Below are positions 11,301-20,261 of a DNA stretch of 64,000 nt, in pieces (position 1 is the stretch's first letter; each line of letters starts with the position of its first letter). The notes under the pieces were generated by a model. The model worked only from the letters and a program-made list of their open reading frames with translations. It was not told the origin of the DNA and did no database searches. The DNA is from an uncultured Planctomycetota bacterium. Lineage in GTDB: Bacteria > Planctomycetota > Planctomycetia > Isosphaerales > Isosphaeraceae. A program made the position numbers and the translations under genes. The DNA is taken from contig CAWGMQ010000005.1 in the NCBI GenBank assembly GCA_963823665.1, forward strand, positions 1,120,001-1,184,000, given 5' to 3'.

Positions 11301-11835
11301 CCGGAACGGGACCGGCCTGCGACCCCTGCTTCGCCGCGAAGTTTGGACGGCGCCCGATTGGCGGTGCATCTTCCCTCGCGCCGTGCAGAGTCCGCAGAAG
11401 TTCCTCGTACTCCGACTCGGAGTAAGGGTCCCCGCTCAGGTCGATTTTCGCCCTCCCGAAGAGCCACGTCGGCGCTGCCTCGACCCACTTCCCGCGCCGC
11501 AGCACCGGGATGAACTTTTTCTCGGCTTCACCGGTGAAGGCGTAGGCAGTCATGATGTCGCCCTCGTAACCAACCCCGCCGCCACGCCGGTCCGACTTCT
11601 CCTTGAATCGGTCTGTGCAGATGGCTATTACGAAGTCGTTCTCGCGCACGGCGCGCTCCATGAACGCCGGGATTTGGTCGCCAGGTGCGGCGTGCCAGCG
11701 GTCGAGCGTCACGTCGACGCCGTCCCGCCTCAGCCGACTGGCAAGTTGCTTGACCCACTCCTTGTGCGCGTCGTCGTCCCAGGAGTATGAAATGAAGGTT
11801 TTGGGGACTGTGGAATCGGTTTCAGGCGCGGTCAT
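8356..11835 (-). CDS. SEFIR/TIR domain + STAND NTPase (nSTAND1-like) + FGE-sulfatase (SUMF1-like) domain protein
   Basis: FISYSW...GVGYEG (SEFIR/TIR); CPYRGL, GPSGSGKSS, ADQFEE, LPLLEFAL and VAHEA (STAND); LPTEAQWEYAAR and NPFGLHDLVGGVWEW (FGE). Confidence 0.9.
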   Translation of the reverse strand: MTAPETDSTVPKTFISYSWDDDAHKEWVKQLASRLRRDGVDVTLDRWHAAPGDQIPAFMERAVRENDFVIAICTDRFKEKSDRRGGGVGYEGDIMTAYAFTGEAEKKFIPVLRRGKWVEAAPTWLFGRAKIDLSGDPYSESEYEELLRTLHGAREDAPPIGRRPNFAAKQGSQAGPVPVPINRRAQSSAPRHQSSVTPYASDIPIVAPECPYRGLLAFREEDWECFCGRQRYVQQLVRMSHKPFVAVIGPSGSGKSSLMFAGLVRHLRTKENRLIAHFRPGNDPFGSLSAALVSASDPRLGIRERLRESSALARELMSENITVDGYINEMIRSRSDKRGFFLFADQFEELYSLCPDVEIRNLFLDSLLRVVDGRARRLSPDCILAITLCADFYGQALTHRTFSDLLQGSALNLPPMLREELRSVIEDPAKRCEVTFESGLVDRILDDVGNAPGNLPLLEFALELLWNHRSGDQLTHEAYRAIGGLSGAIAQRVDEEFETLSPAEQEMARSLFISLVRPGRPDEGSQDSRRRVTLGRSDESGVSGLVEALSNPKARLLVVDYDSETHSKTVEVAHEAVIQNWGRLRKWIDENRTRLQIRDELDNAAKAWCAAGRSEGGLPRGGQLAYFRNAYEPSEWAKEFLSRAMELESRREGELLEKERRLMDVRFLGDLRTLVEESKQMWPSTPDRISELEKWLATARSIAARLDEYRNKLNDFRRRAEPAIALPSVTEADDPPLLKKLATLVRRRQRLDDRIAGIAADGVGDASSLSLESMHKRRASLDGVINRLQLMIEEARPRSFLEEEDRHHHRVLLETVRRLSALTDDEHHEDSIENVESRLHHASQVYLRTIENYRQEWDDAIVCISDPTISPLYGGLRMRPQLGLVPVGRDSESGLSEFAFLRSGKVPRRHAGQRLILTESTAVIFVLIPAGTFRMGAIPPQDDFALGSPNVDPRAQPNESPVHAVSLDAFFISKYPMTQGQWRRITGRNPSISRPSHGNWSNPVSLLHPVENLSWFMCDRVLRRLGLALPTEAQWEYAARGGTSTVWWSGDDEGSLDGAGKLSEITHSPVGRSMANPFGLHDLVGGVWEWCKDSFGGYESPVQEADGERNVSSRRLRAQRGGSFLNTASSARSANRLSGPPGSRIIDLGVRPARRLDPL

Positions 11836-12108
11836 GGTCCCTCTTCATCGTTTTTACAACTAAATCATTCGGCGGTCACACCCGCATTGCCGGCCCCCTC
11901 GATGGGGCGAACACCAGCCTCCGGGCCCGTGTCTGGCTTTACGACCGGAACCACGTTCGGCTTGTTGGGTGGGGGCCACTCGCGGACCGGTGCCATCGCG
12001 TTCGAGTTTCCCTCGTACGCCCCGATCATCTCGCCGATCTCCTCCGAGGATTTAGAATATCGTCTCCCACTCCAACACTACTTTCGCAAGACAGACGACC
12101 CCGATTGC

Positions 12109-12225
12109 TCACCCTGTCGCCCAGTTCTCGAGCCGCGATCCCAGTACGGTGCTGAAATCGCCATCCTTCGTGACGAACGTGCAGTTGCCCAACACGAACG
12201 CGATCGCAGTCAGTTGCACATCGAC
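12109..12225 (-). pseudogene. C-terminal remnant of a VapC/PIN toxin
   Basis: Minus strand reads VDVQLTAIAFVLGNCTFVTKDGDFSTVLGSRLENWATG-stop, a typical PIN C-terminus; no N-terminal part. Confidence 0.65.
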
Positions 12226-12575
12226 GCCCCCAGGGGAGGGGAACAGGGACAGGTCCGTTTATGGCAATCTAGGCAACCGGTCTACTCTTCTCGTGCCTCG
12301 CTCGGATCGTTTTCCACCTTCCGCGGCCGCCCCGCCCGACGATAAGCCGACTCCGGTCCAAGCCGCTTCGCGTTCTCCTTCAGCCCCTCTGGCCGGACAG
12401 GGGCCCCTCCCTATACGCACCCGCGAAGTGCCTCCAATTCCCGCCCATCCCAATACACCACCTATTTTGCCAATACCGGACCTAACTCCGCATCCCTCTG
12501 TCCCTCTGACCCCGTTTCCCTCTCGCTCTAGGAGGGATTCGCCTCGATCGTTCGCGGGAACCGGGAAGCACCGGT

Positions 12576-12842
12576 TTACGAGGAAGCCTCAAGTCTCTTG
12601 CGGACGTCGGCCAGCGTCGAGACGCGACCCTCATTCGCTTCCCGTCGGCTCTCCTCGGCGAGTCTGCGAAACGACTCGTTCTCTTCGAGCAGGCGGTCTA
12701 TGAAGTCGGGATCGTCCGTGTGGATCGGGACGAGCTCGAATTTCGGTATCCCTCCAATCGTGACAATCACCGGAGATTGTTGGCACTCTTCGGCATAACC
12801 CTCAAGATTCGCCTTCGCCTCGCTCAGGTCGATCACTTTCAT
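12576..12842 (-). CDS. Phd/YefM-family antitoxin
   Basis: MKVIDLSEAKANL...PVIVT..G.P...LVP N-terminal signature. Confidence 0.8.
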   Translation of the reverse strand: MKVIDLSEAKANLEGYAEECQQSPVIVTIGGIPKFELVPIHTDDPDFIDRLLEENESFRRLAEESRREANEGRVSTLADVRKRLEASS

Positions 12843-13229
12843 GGGCGGAATGCTCCTCGCCTTGCACGATCACTCTCTTCAGGATACCGCAATCTTCGAG
12901 GCGTTGAAACGGGGACGGGCGTGGAAGCGAGGACGCCGCGAATCCCAGGACACTTGCACGCGCACCGTCGCGTGCCGCTGCATTCGGCAACGTCAATGCG
13001 CTTTCAGGGCAACTCGCCTTCGCCGCCGGTCTGTTGTAAGGTATCCGGTAGCAAACGGTGTGTTCCACAACGGAGTTTGGACCCGACGATGAATTCGCGC
13101 TATGTCCTTCGTGACGCGTCCGGGACAATTGCCGAGCAGTACTGCGAATCGATGAATTTCCTCATCGAGAAGCCGGTGATGGAGCTGGGCATCTTCGGGC
13201 TATCGGGTGGAATCCTCAGGAGCGTTGAA

Positions 13230-13532
13230 ATGATCCATTACCTGACGGTTGGGCATTTCGACGCGCAAGCGCTGCACGAATGCGCGGCCGTGGCGACCAC
13301 GCCGCTCGACCAGACAACAGTTCGCCGCGTGCTGGCCGAGTTCCCCGGCATCAAGGCCGAGCACAAGGACGGATGCCTGGTTCTTCCGTGGCACGGCCTC
13401 GGGCGTGTGAGCTTGAGCGAGGCATTCGCCCTTCGCCTGCACGAATTGACCGGTTGCTTGATCGCCGACCGGCGAAACGGGCGTCTCATCGAGCCGGCAG
13501 CCTTGTCGGGTAAGAAGAGGGCAGCAATCTAA
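13230..13532 (+). CDS. Hypothetical protein
   Basis: Protein-like 100-aa C-terminal part of the ORF, with AGGAG upstream of ATG 13230. Confidence 0.45.
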   Translation: MIHYLTVGHFDAQALHECAAVATTPLDQTTVRRVLAEFPGIKAEHKDGCLVLPWHGLGRVSLSEAFALRLHELTGCLIADRRNGRLIEPAALSGKKRAAI

Positions 13533-13831
13533 GAGTTGACGTAAGTCAACCGTCGGATTTGGCCTGCCGAGGCGTGTCGTCGACCCTGCCGTAACCCACT
13601 GGTATCCCTGCGTGACGCGCTGTGTCCTCCCGCTTCGTTACCTCCGTTTGCTTCTGTTCAAGACTGGTTCTGAACGGGCATGACACGCCTCCCATCCGAA
13701 TTCATTCCGTGAAGATCCGTGTCGTCCGTGGTTAATCACCATTTCAGATTCGCAACTCACCGATTCAGCATCCCCGCCGAGTCCGCCTCTCGCCGTCCCA
13801 TCGCGTCGCCTGTCCTTGCGCTCCACCGTTT

Positions 13832-14299
13832 TTACTGAATCCGGTCCCAGATCTGGGCATCGATGCCGGGGAAACGGATCAAATGGGCCAGATTCGTCGT
13901 CGCGATCGTGACAGTATCGCCTGGCCGGCTGGCCAGCGCCGCTTGGCCGGCAAGGATGGCATCAGCGTCGAGAGAGTCGGGCGACGCGGTCGGGATGCCC
14001 GCCTGTCGCAGGAACGCCCAGAACTCCGCAGCCTTGATGATCGCGTCGGTTGTCAGGGTCAAGTGTCTCAAGCCACCGCTGGGATCGAGATAGTACTCGA
14101 GGCGTCGGAGGCTGCCGACGGCGCGGATCCGGAAGAGTTCGCGGCGGACTTCGTAATGGGCGATCTCGGGGATGATTACGGTCGCGCCGGTTGCCGAGAT
14201 GGTCTTGAGCCACGTGACGCAACGAACGACTTGTGGCTTGCTGGGAGCACGAACAATCAGGCCGAGCGGTCCGCTGTCCAGCAGGATCAGCCGCGCCGT
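13832..14299 (-). CDS. PIN-domain (VapC-like) toxin; apparent ACG at the expected start
   Basis: ILLDSG, IPEIAHYEVRREL, DADAILAGQA and IATTNLAHL motifs; the expected ATG just after the partner stop codon reads ACG. Confidence 0.85.
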   Translation of the reverse strand, partial: TARLILLDSGPLGLIVRAPSKPQVVRCVTWLKTISATGATVIIPEIAHYEVRRELFRIRAVGSLRRLEYYLDPSGGLRHLTLTTDAIIKAAEFWAFLRQAGIPTASPDSLDADAILAGQAALASRPGDTVTIATTNLAHLIRFPGIDAQIWDRIQ

Positions 14300-14301
14300 G
14301 A

Positions 14302-14586
14302 CTAATAGAGGCCTTCGAAGAGTTTGCGATGCGGGCGCTGCGCGTCGAGATCGCGCATGGCTTCCTCCCATGCCCCAGGTGGGTCTTCGTCAGGCATCGC
14401 CAGCATTCGCTCGACCAGGTCGGCGATGGCCTTGGCATTCCGAGCCTGTTCCTCCGGAGTGATCGGGAGAACGCGGCCTGTGGAGTCGTTGCAGGGGACA
14501 CGACGCGGAGAAGACGCGCCGGCATGACCCTGCAGGGCGGCTTCCTCAACCGTGCTCACGTCGGGATCATCATCGAGCATACCCAT
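14302..14586 (-). CDS. Putative antitoxin partner of the PIN protein
   Basis: Small gene directly upstream of and co-oriented with the PIN gene; acidic C-terminus ending RPHRKLFEGLY. Confidence 0.65.
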   Translation of the reverse strand: MGMLDDDPDVSTVEEAALQGHAGASSPRRVPCNDSTGRVLPITPEEQARNAKAIADLVERMLAMPDEDPPGAWEEAMRDLDAQRPHRKLFEGLY

Positions 14587-14697
14587 TGTCTAGCTCCCGC
14601 ACGCTTGAGATCGCAACGATCCACTGATTATATGCCATCCCGCCTCGGCACGGGAGGTTGAGAAAAGCGCGCACAGTCGGCTGAGCCAGCGGCCGAG
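14455..14697. repeat. About 240-bp dispersed duplication, copy 1 (copy 2 at about 22507-22742)
   Basis: High visible identity covering the 5' half of the antitoxin gene and its upstream region. Confidence 0.9.
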
Positions 14698-14794
14698 GGA
14701 GTTGGCCTCTGGCAGTGATCGGCCACATCGACACCAAGACCGCGCGGCCAGCCGCCTGGTCTCATTCTTCTTCGCGATCCACTACCGAATCGCT

Positions 14795-15060
14795 TTACTG
14801 GAATATCCCTTCGATTCGTCGATCGCGCTCGGCGGCATTCGCAATGTCAAAATCCTTCTGCATTTTCCGGTCCGCCTCCCAAGCCGCTTCCTCCTCCGGC
14901 GTCATCACGATAGGTTCCAAGCTGTGATACCAACGAAGCCACGCTTGAATCTCCTCGGGAGTCTCGGGACATTCGCCGTCGTATTCTGACTTGCGGTTCG
15001 ATCCGAGTTCGACACGCACGGGCGTCCCATCAGGCCAGTTCGGCGGGGCATCGACCACCC
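14795..15060 (-). pseudogene. 5'-truncated antitoxin-like protein
   Basis: DAPPNWPDGTPVRV...PETPEEIQAWL...MTPEEEAAWEA resembles small acidic PIN partners; no credible start. Confidence 0.4.
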
Positions 15061-15676
15061 GGAACAATGAGCAGTGACCCCGTCTCGACTCGGATCGGGG
15101 GACACCATACCGGACTCCGGCCCACGTATCGTCCGACAGGGCGATTTCCATCGCATCACCCTCTGCCGTGGCGGAGATTCGGCGCTAAATAGCCGCAATT
15201 CGTGCAAAATCCCGACAATTCCCGGAAAATGCGTACGTCACGAGTGCAGATTACAAAACATCTTCAATAATAATTTACGTGACTTGTCGTCGCCGCAATA
15301 CGCCCGGTTTGCAACCACGAGGTTCCACTTTCGGTCCCGGTCGTCTCCACTTAATATCAAGCCGAATTCCAGGTTATGTCAGCCAATCATTCGGCGAGCT
15401 TTCGCGCCTGCTTGAAGCGACAATCCGAGGTTTTTCTCGCCATTTCCGAGACCCCTAACTGCCCTGGACAAGTTGTTCCGCCGATCGCGCCCTGCTATTC
15501 ATGAGGCATGAGCTCGCCACGAGGATTGAAACGTATCATCACACGCGTCGCGGCAGCCGCGAAAGGGCTCGCCGCCGTCGGCTCGCTTTTCCGCTATCCC
15601 CGCAGACCCCGCAAAGCATGCCGTTCGGTCGGCACACGAATGGGAGGAGGTCGGCGAAGCCTACGTCCAGAAGCGA

Positions 15677-16039
15677 ATGCGCCAGCTCAGAGTTCCAGAA
15701 CGGCAAATCGGCGTCCGGCGACGCGAGCGCAATTACCGGCGCGTCGCAATCATTCCCAGCGAACGAGATGGCGGCGGTATCACGCCCGACGGCATCAACG
15801 TAGACAGCGGCGTGTTGAACCCGCAGCTCAACGCGGAGGAAATCGGCCCGCGCGCCTCGGCGATCTGGGAAAAGGCTCGCTCGCGGGACCGCATCGACGC
15901 CGTGATCGCTCACGAACACGAGGAAAGCATCACAGGCACCCACAAGGGCGCCGAGATGCGCGCGGCGGACACCGCTTTGCCGATCAGCGACAATGCTCGG
16001 CGCATCCTCCGTGCCATAGCCGACCGGGATAACCAATGA
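15677..16039 (+). CDS. Hypothetical protein (RIDAVIAHEHEE motif); 5' end possibly frameshifted
   Basis: Protein-like composition, with INVDSGVLNP and RDRIDAVIAHE motifs. Confidence 0.55.
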   Translation: MRQLRVPERQIGVRRRERNYRRVAIIPSERDGGGITPDGINVDSGVLNPQLNAEEIGPRASAIWEKARSRDRIDAVIAHEHEESITGTHKGAEMRAADTALPISDNARRILRAIADRDNQ

Positions 16040-16296
16040 GGACGCCGCTGAAGCTCCTCTCGCCGCTTATCGGCTTCTTCGGTTAGGCGGTAGAGCGCCT
16101 CTGGCCCACCGGCGAACGTGGAGACAGGTTCCATCAGCCGCGCGGTCACAAGTTCCCGATAGGCTCGCCTCGTCTGCTCAACACTCCCGCCCGGCAATGA
16201 TTCCGGTCGGCTCCGCCGCATTGAAAGCGGATGGCCGCCGAAGTGCAGCCGAAGAAGCTTCCGGGCGTCTTCGGATAGGTCGAGTCGATCCGCCAT
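15910..16296 (-). CDS. Small hypothetical protein, convergent and overlapping with 15677-16039
   Basis: GGAGG RBS upstream of ATG 16296; AYRELVTARLM...YRLTEE segment. Confidence 0.5.
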   Translation of the reverse strand: MADRLDLSEDARKLLRLHFGGHPLSMRRSRPESLPGGSVEQTRRAYRELVTARLMEPVSTFAGGPEALYRLTEEADKRREELQRRPHWLSRSAMARRMRRALSLIGKAVSAARISAPLWVPVMLSSCS

Positions 16297-16487
16297 CTGC
16301 CTGCCTCCGTGACTTTGGCGAGGCCACCCCGATGAGGTGGCACTACAGTATTATACCAAGAAGTTGCTCGCGAGGGCCGCCCAGTCGAATTCCGGACAAC
16401 TCATGAGCTTCAGTGCCGAGGCACCAGAGAGACGGTGAGCCGCGCGAAAAGAAAGGAGATCTCTAGAAGCGCTGCAAACGCACGAAG

Positions 16488-17249
16488 TCAGCTCGTCTCG
16501 GGTAACCGCCCTTCGAGAGCAGCGCGATAGAATTCGGGCACGCCGCGGTACGTGCTCTGGTAAGTTGGCTCGAGCGGCACGTTGACATAACGGTCAGTCC
16601 GGAGGAACAGCGGCATATCTGCCAGCGCCGAACCGCCGACCAGATGTTCGAGGTAGATCTCTATCTCCAGCCCGGCAACGTAGCTCGCCATTGTGAGCGG
16701 CGAACCGGCCGGTAGGACGTATGGCTCACTGTACTGGTCCAAGGCTTGGACAATGGAACCATGAATGCCGGCAAGGTCATGCGCGCCAGGCGGAAGGAGA
16801 TCGATCAGAAGTACGTGAACGCCTCGCTCCAGCGCGGCCACGGCCTTCCCGACCAGTTCTTCGACGTGTGGACCGCGATCCTTGTTCGCCGGCGACACGA
16901 TCTCGATCAAGGCGATCAATCGATGCCCGCTGACATGCCGAATTGCCAACGAGCGGCGCCGGCCCAGAGTCGACAGTTCCACCGTCTGCTTCCGCAACAC
17001 TCGCGGTGGCGCTTCAGCAACGGCAATCCCGCCGGTATCCGGCGGCGTCCATGCTGGGCCCTGCACTTCGGGGCTAGCGTGAAGTGTCAGGACGTCCGCG
17101 ATCGCGCGGCCGGCGTGCTGCTCCGCCAACGCGTAATACCCCCTCGGCAACAATCCTTCGTTCAGTACGTTTCTCAGGGCGCCAGTCCAGACCGTGTGAA
17201 AGTCATCGAAGATTCCGGCCGCAACGCGGGTCCAGTCATGGACGGGCAT
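16488..17249 (-). CDS. DUF4058-family protein (planctomycete restriction-endonuclease-like)
   Basis: MPVHDWTRVAAGIF, IEIVSPANK, LLIDLLPPG and DMPLFL motifs. Confidence 0.85.
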   Translation of the reverse strand: MPVHDWTRVAAGIFDDFHTVWTGALRNVLNEGLLPRGYYALAEQHAGRAIADVLTLHASPEVQGPAWTPPDTGGIAVAEAPPRVLRKQTVELSTLGRRRSLAIRHVSGHRLIALIEIVSPANKDRGPHVEELVGKAVAALERGVHVLLIDLLPPGAHDLAGIHGSIVQALDQYSEPYVLPAGSPLTMASYVAGLEIEIYLEHLVGGSALADMPLFLRTDRYVNVPLEPTYQSTYRGVPEFYRAALEGRLPETS

Positions 17250-17343
17250 GGTCTGCTCTCCGAGTAACTCAGCCTATTGTACACTCGCTAATTCGCCGCG
17301 GAACATTCGAATACGGCGTGCGGCCGCCACATCAACCGCGAGA

Positions 17344-19011
17344 TCATCGGGATTGAGCGGACGACGCCTTCGCCCGGGCCAGGACTGGGATCGGGGTGCG
17401 GTCGGCCATCAGGGTCAAGAGTGCCGCGGCGGTGCAGAAGGTGCGGCCCGAGATGTAATGAGCTCCGGTCCAGCTCCCGTCGCCGTTCTGCATCCGGTCG
17501 AGCGTCGCGGTCATCGGCGAATCCCAGTGCCGCCATGGATCACCGCCTTTAACGGCCAAGCTCTCGGCGATCATCATGTAGCTCAGGAATTCGTCGCCGC
17601 CGATCGTGCCCAAGCCGGCGAGGAAGCCCCGATGGCCCAGCCTCGCGATGACGCCCGCCTGGGCCTCCTGTTGGAGCTTCTCCGACTCGGCGATCCGCGC
17701 GAGGTTCTTCTCGGCCGCGGCCCGCTCCTTCGCGTCCTCGGAATGGGCGGCCTGATCGCGGAGCCTCGGCATCTCTGCCCGGGCCGTGTTCACCGAGTCC
17801 TGCAACAGGCCCAGGGTGGCCGCCCGGCTATAGAGCTCGGCTCCTCCACTCTTCCAGATCGTCAGCATGACCTCGGGAGAAACCGCGTGCGGCATCGACA
17901 GACCGCCGCCCGCCACCCTTCCCGTCGTCGTGCGCCCCTTGGTCGTCGTCCGCCCCTTCGTCGTCGTCCGCTCCTTGGTTCGAGAGGGTTGAGGCACCGC
18001 GCTATCCGCGGCCCTCGACGGGCTCGTTCCCGCGTCCAGCGACGCCGAGCCGTACCGCGCCCGCTGTCGGAACGATTCCTGGACGATCTCTCGCGAGAAT
18101 CTCCACACCCTCACCCAGTTCGATGGCTCAATAGGTGGCGTCACCCCGGACAGATCCTTGTAAGCCTTACGTGCGCCGTCCTCCACTCGGGCCAGAGCGA
18201 AATCGGAGACAACCGCCCCGGCCTGGCGTGCACGATTGAGCCCCTTCCCGCACGTCGCGGCCGCCAGGATCCACTCCCAACCCGCGAGGTCGTCCGGCGC
18301 AGGCGGCATCCGGGTTCCTTTCGTGACCGACTCCGAAAGGGCGCGTGTCCATGCGGGGAATCCGAACGGATCGTCTTGCATCACGTGCCGTTCGATCTGG
18401 CCGATCACCTTCTCCAGGGTGCGGTCGACGACGGCTTCACTCGCGGAAGAGGACATGTGCCCCTTGACCTCGGCCAGGAGCACGCAGGCCAGGTAGGTGT
18501 CGAGGTAGGGTCCGATTCTCCTCTGGGGCGGCGTGTTGTACCCAACCGGAGTGGCAGCGAGCGACTCGGGATCGAATGTTTCGAGCTGGGTGCAGACGTA
18601 CTCCACGCCCTGGGCGATCGGACCGCCGTACGGCCCCTCGCGCGGCGTACTCCCCGATCGGATGAGCGCCAGGCATGCGATGCAGGTGCTGACCAATTCC
18701 GGCGTCTCGGAACGGATATTCAGGTCCACCGCCCTGGACACCTCGCCCGCGCCCCACCCGCCGCCGGGGAGTTGACTCTCCACCAGCCATTCGAGGCCCC
18801 TCCTGACCGGCCGGCTCAGCGGCCTGGGCTCCATGGCCGTCTTCCAGGCCGTCGCGTCTCGGCCGCCGGGCCGCTCACCCCCGTCGGCCGGGGTAACTTC
18901 CTGCCTGCCGGGCTCATCACCTCCCCTGGCCGAGCCAGCAGATGAGATCCCCCAGGCCGCGACGCACGCCAGCGGCACGACCAGCGCCAGGACTCGCCTT
19001 CGGTCTCTCAT
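17344..19011 (-). CDS. Secreted protein with prenyltransferase/squalene-cyclase (QW)-like repeats
   Basis: Signal peptide; WLVESQLPGGGW and RMQNGDGSW motifs; internal (TTTKGR)x3 18-bp tandem repeat. Confidence 0.7.
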   Translation of the reverse strand: MRDRRRVLALVVPLACVAAWGISSAGSARGGDEPGRQEVTPADGGERPGGRDATAWKTAMEPRPLSRPVRRGLEWLVESQLPGGGWGAGEVSRAVDLNIRSETPELVSTCIACLALIRSGSTPREGPYGGPIAQGVEYVCTQLETFDPESLAATPVGYNTPPQRRIGPYLDTYLACVLLAEVKGHMSSSASEAVVDRTLEKVIGQIERHVMQDDPFGFPAWTRALSESVTKGTRMPPAPDDLAGWEWILAAATCGKGLNRARQAGAVVSDFALARVEDGARKAYKDLSGVTPPIEPSNWVRVWRFSREIVQESFRQRARYGSASLDAGTSPSRAADSAVPQPSRTKERTTTKGRTTTKGRTTTGRVAGGGLSMPHAVSPEVMLTIWKSGGAELYSRAATLGLLQDSVNTARAEMPRLRDQAAHSEDAKERAAAEKNLARIAESEKLQQEAQAGVIARLGHRGFLAGLGTIGGDEFLSYMMIAESLAVKGGDPWRHWDSPMTATLDRMQNGDGSWTGAHYISGRTFCTAAALLTLMADRTPIPVLARAKASSAQSR

Positions 19012-19233
19012 CGGAAACGTCTCCTCTGAAAGGTGCGGTCACACCTCCTCCGACCCGATCCGTTCATTGTGAGATCCTTGAGGATGTCCCCGTCAGCATC
19101 CCCGGAACCGGCTTGCAGGTCCGATTCAGACTCATTCATGCTACAATGCCCGGGGTCCGGCGCAAAGCCCGACCTTTGTCCGTGGCATTCCGCTCGAGCT
19201 TACAACGAGCCGCTGCATGCTAGGAGCGAATGG

Positions 19234-20097
19234 ATGGCAATCAAGACGAGTTGCATCGCCGTTCTCGCGGCCTGTCTGGGTGTGTCTTCCGCGTTCGCGC
19301 AGGAGACGACGCCACGATTCAAGGTGATTGCTTTCTACACCGGGAAGGCGGATGCCGCGCACATTAGCTTCGTGAAGGAAGCGAGGCCGTGGTTTGCCCG
19401 GATGGCCGCCGAGCACCACTTCTCGTTTACGTCCACGCAAGACTGGGACAACCTGAATCGGGAGTTTCTCGCCCCGTACCAGGTGGTCGTGTTTCTGGAC
19501 ACGAGACCGGACTCGCCACGACAGCGCGAGGCATTCCAGGAGTACATGAAGAACGGCGGCGCCTGGATGGGCTTTCACTTCTCCGCGTTCGCGCTCACTC
19601 CCTCGAAATACCCGCAGAACTGGGACTGGTATCACAACGAGTTCCTGGGCTCCGGCATGTATGTCGGGAACACATGGAGACCCACCTCGGCGATCCTTCG
19701 GGTGGAGGACACCCAGCACCCCGCGACCGTCGGATTGCCGGCCACTTTCAAGAGTGCCCCCAACGAATGGTACAAGTGGTCCACGGATCTGAGAACCAAC
19801 TCGAATATCCGGATCCTGGCCTCGATCGATCCGGCCAGCTTCCCCCTGGGCACCGGGCCGAAGAAGCACGAAATCTGGCACAACGGATACTATCCTGTCG
19901 TCTGGGCAAACCAGAAATACCGCATGATCTACTTCAACATGGGCCATAACGACTTGGACTATGGAACCAGACCCAGTAAGGAGCTGTCCTCCACATTCGC
20001 CAGCGAAGTGCAAGACCGCCTGATTCTCAATGCGCTGGAATGGCTGGGCACGGGGAAGAAGCCGCAAAGCCCCGGCGGCAACCAGCCCGGCAAGTGA
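19234..20097 (+). CDS. ThuA-like (class I glutamine amidotransferase-like) secreted protein
   Basis: Signal peptide, YMKNGGAWMGFH, HPATVGLP, NEWY and YFNMGH motifs; AGGAG RBS. Confidence 0.85.
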   Translation: MAIKTSCIAVLAACLGVSSAFAQETTPRFKVIAFYTGKADAAHISFVKEARPWFARMAAEHHFSFTSTQDWDNLNREFLAPYQVVVFLDTRPDSPRQREAFQEYMKNGGAWMGFHFSAFALTPSKYPQNWDWYHNEFLGSGMYVGNTWRPTSAILRVEDTQHPATVGLPATFKSAPNEWYKWSTDLRTNSNIRILASIDPASFPLGTGPKKHEIWHNGYYPVVWANQKYRMIYFNMGHNDLDYGTRPSKELSSTFASEVQDRLILNALEWLGTGKKPQSPGGNQPGK

Positions 20098-20261
20098 AGC
20101 GCACGTGCGACTTGCCAAAACGATTCGGCGTTCTAGGTTAATGGCGAGACGGAGTTCTCGAACATGACGTTGACGCCGTTCTCACTCCCGGCCGGGTCAT
20201 GCGCCGAGGTAAGACCTCTCGGATCACTTGGTGCGCCTTTCATTCGGAGCGGCTTGCGCCG

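Noticed and set aside
13630..13735. Short 9-bp-period motifs (TCCGTG...TCCGTG) as a structured RNA or REP
   Set aside because: Too short and degenerate to assign without genome-wide counts.
17248..18945. 565-aa plus-strand ORF and similar long antisense ORFs (19141-20118, 29286-30908, 54213-55445)
   Set aside because: These are shadows of recognisable genes on the opposite strand in high-GC DNA, with no motifs.
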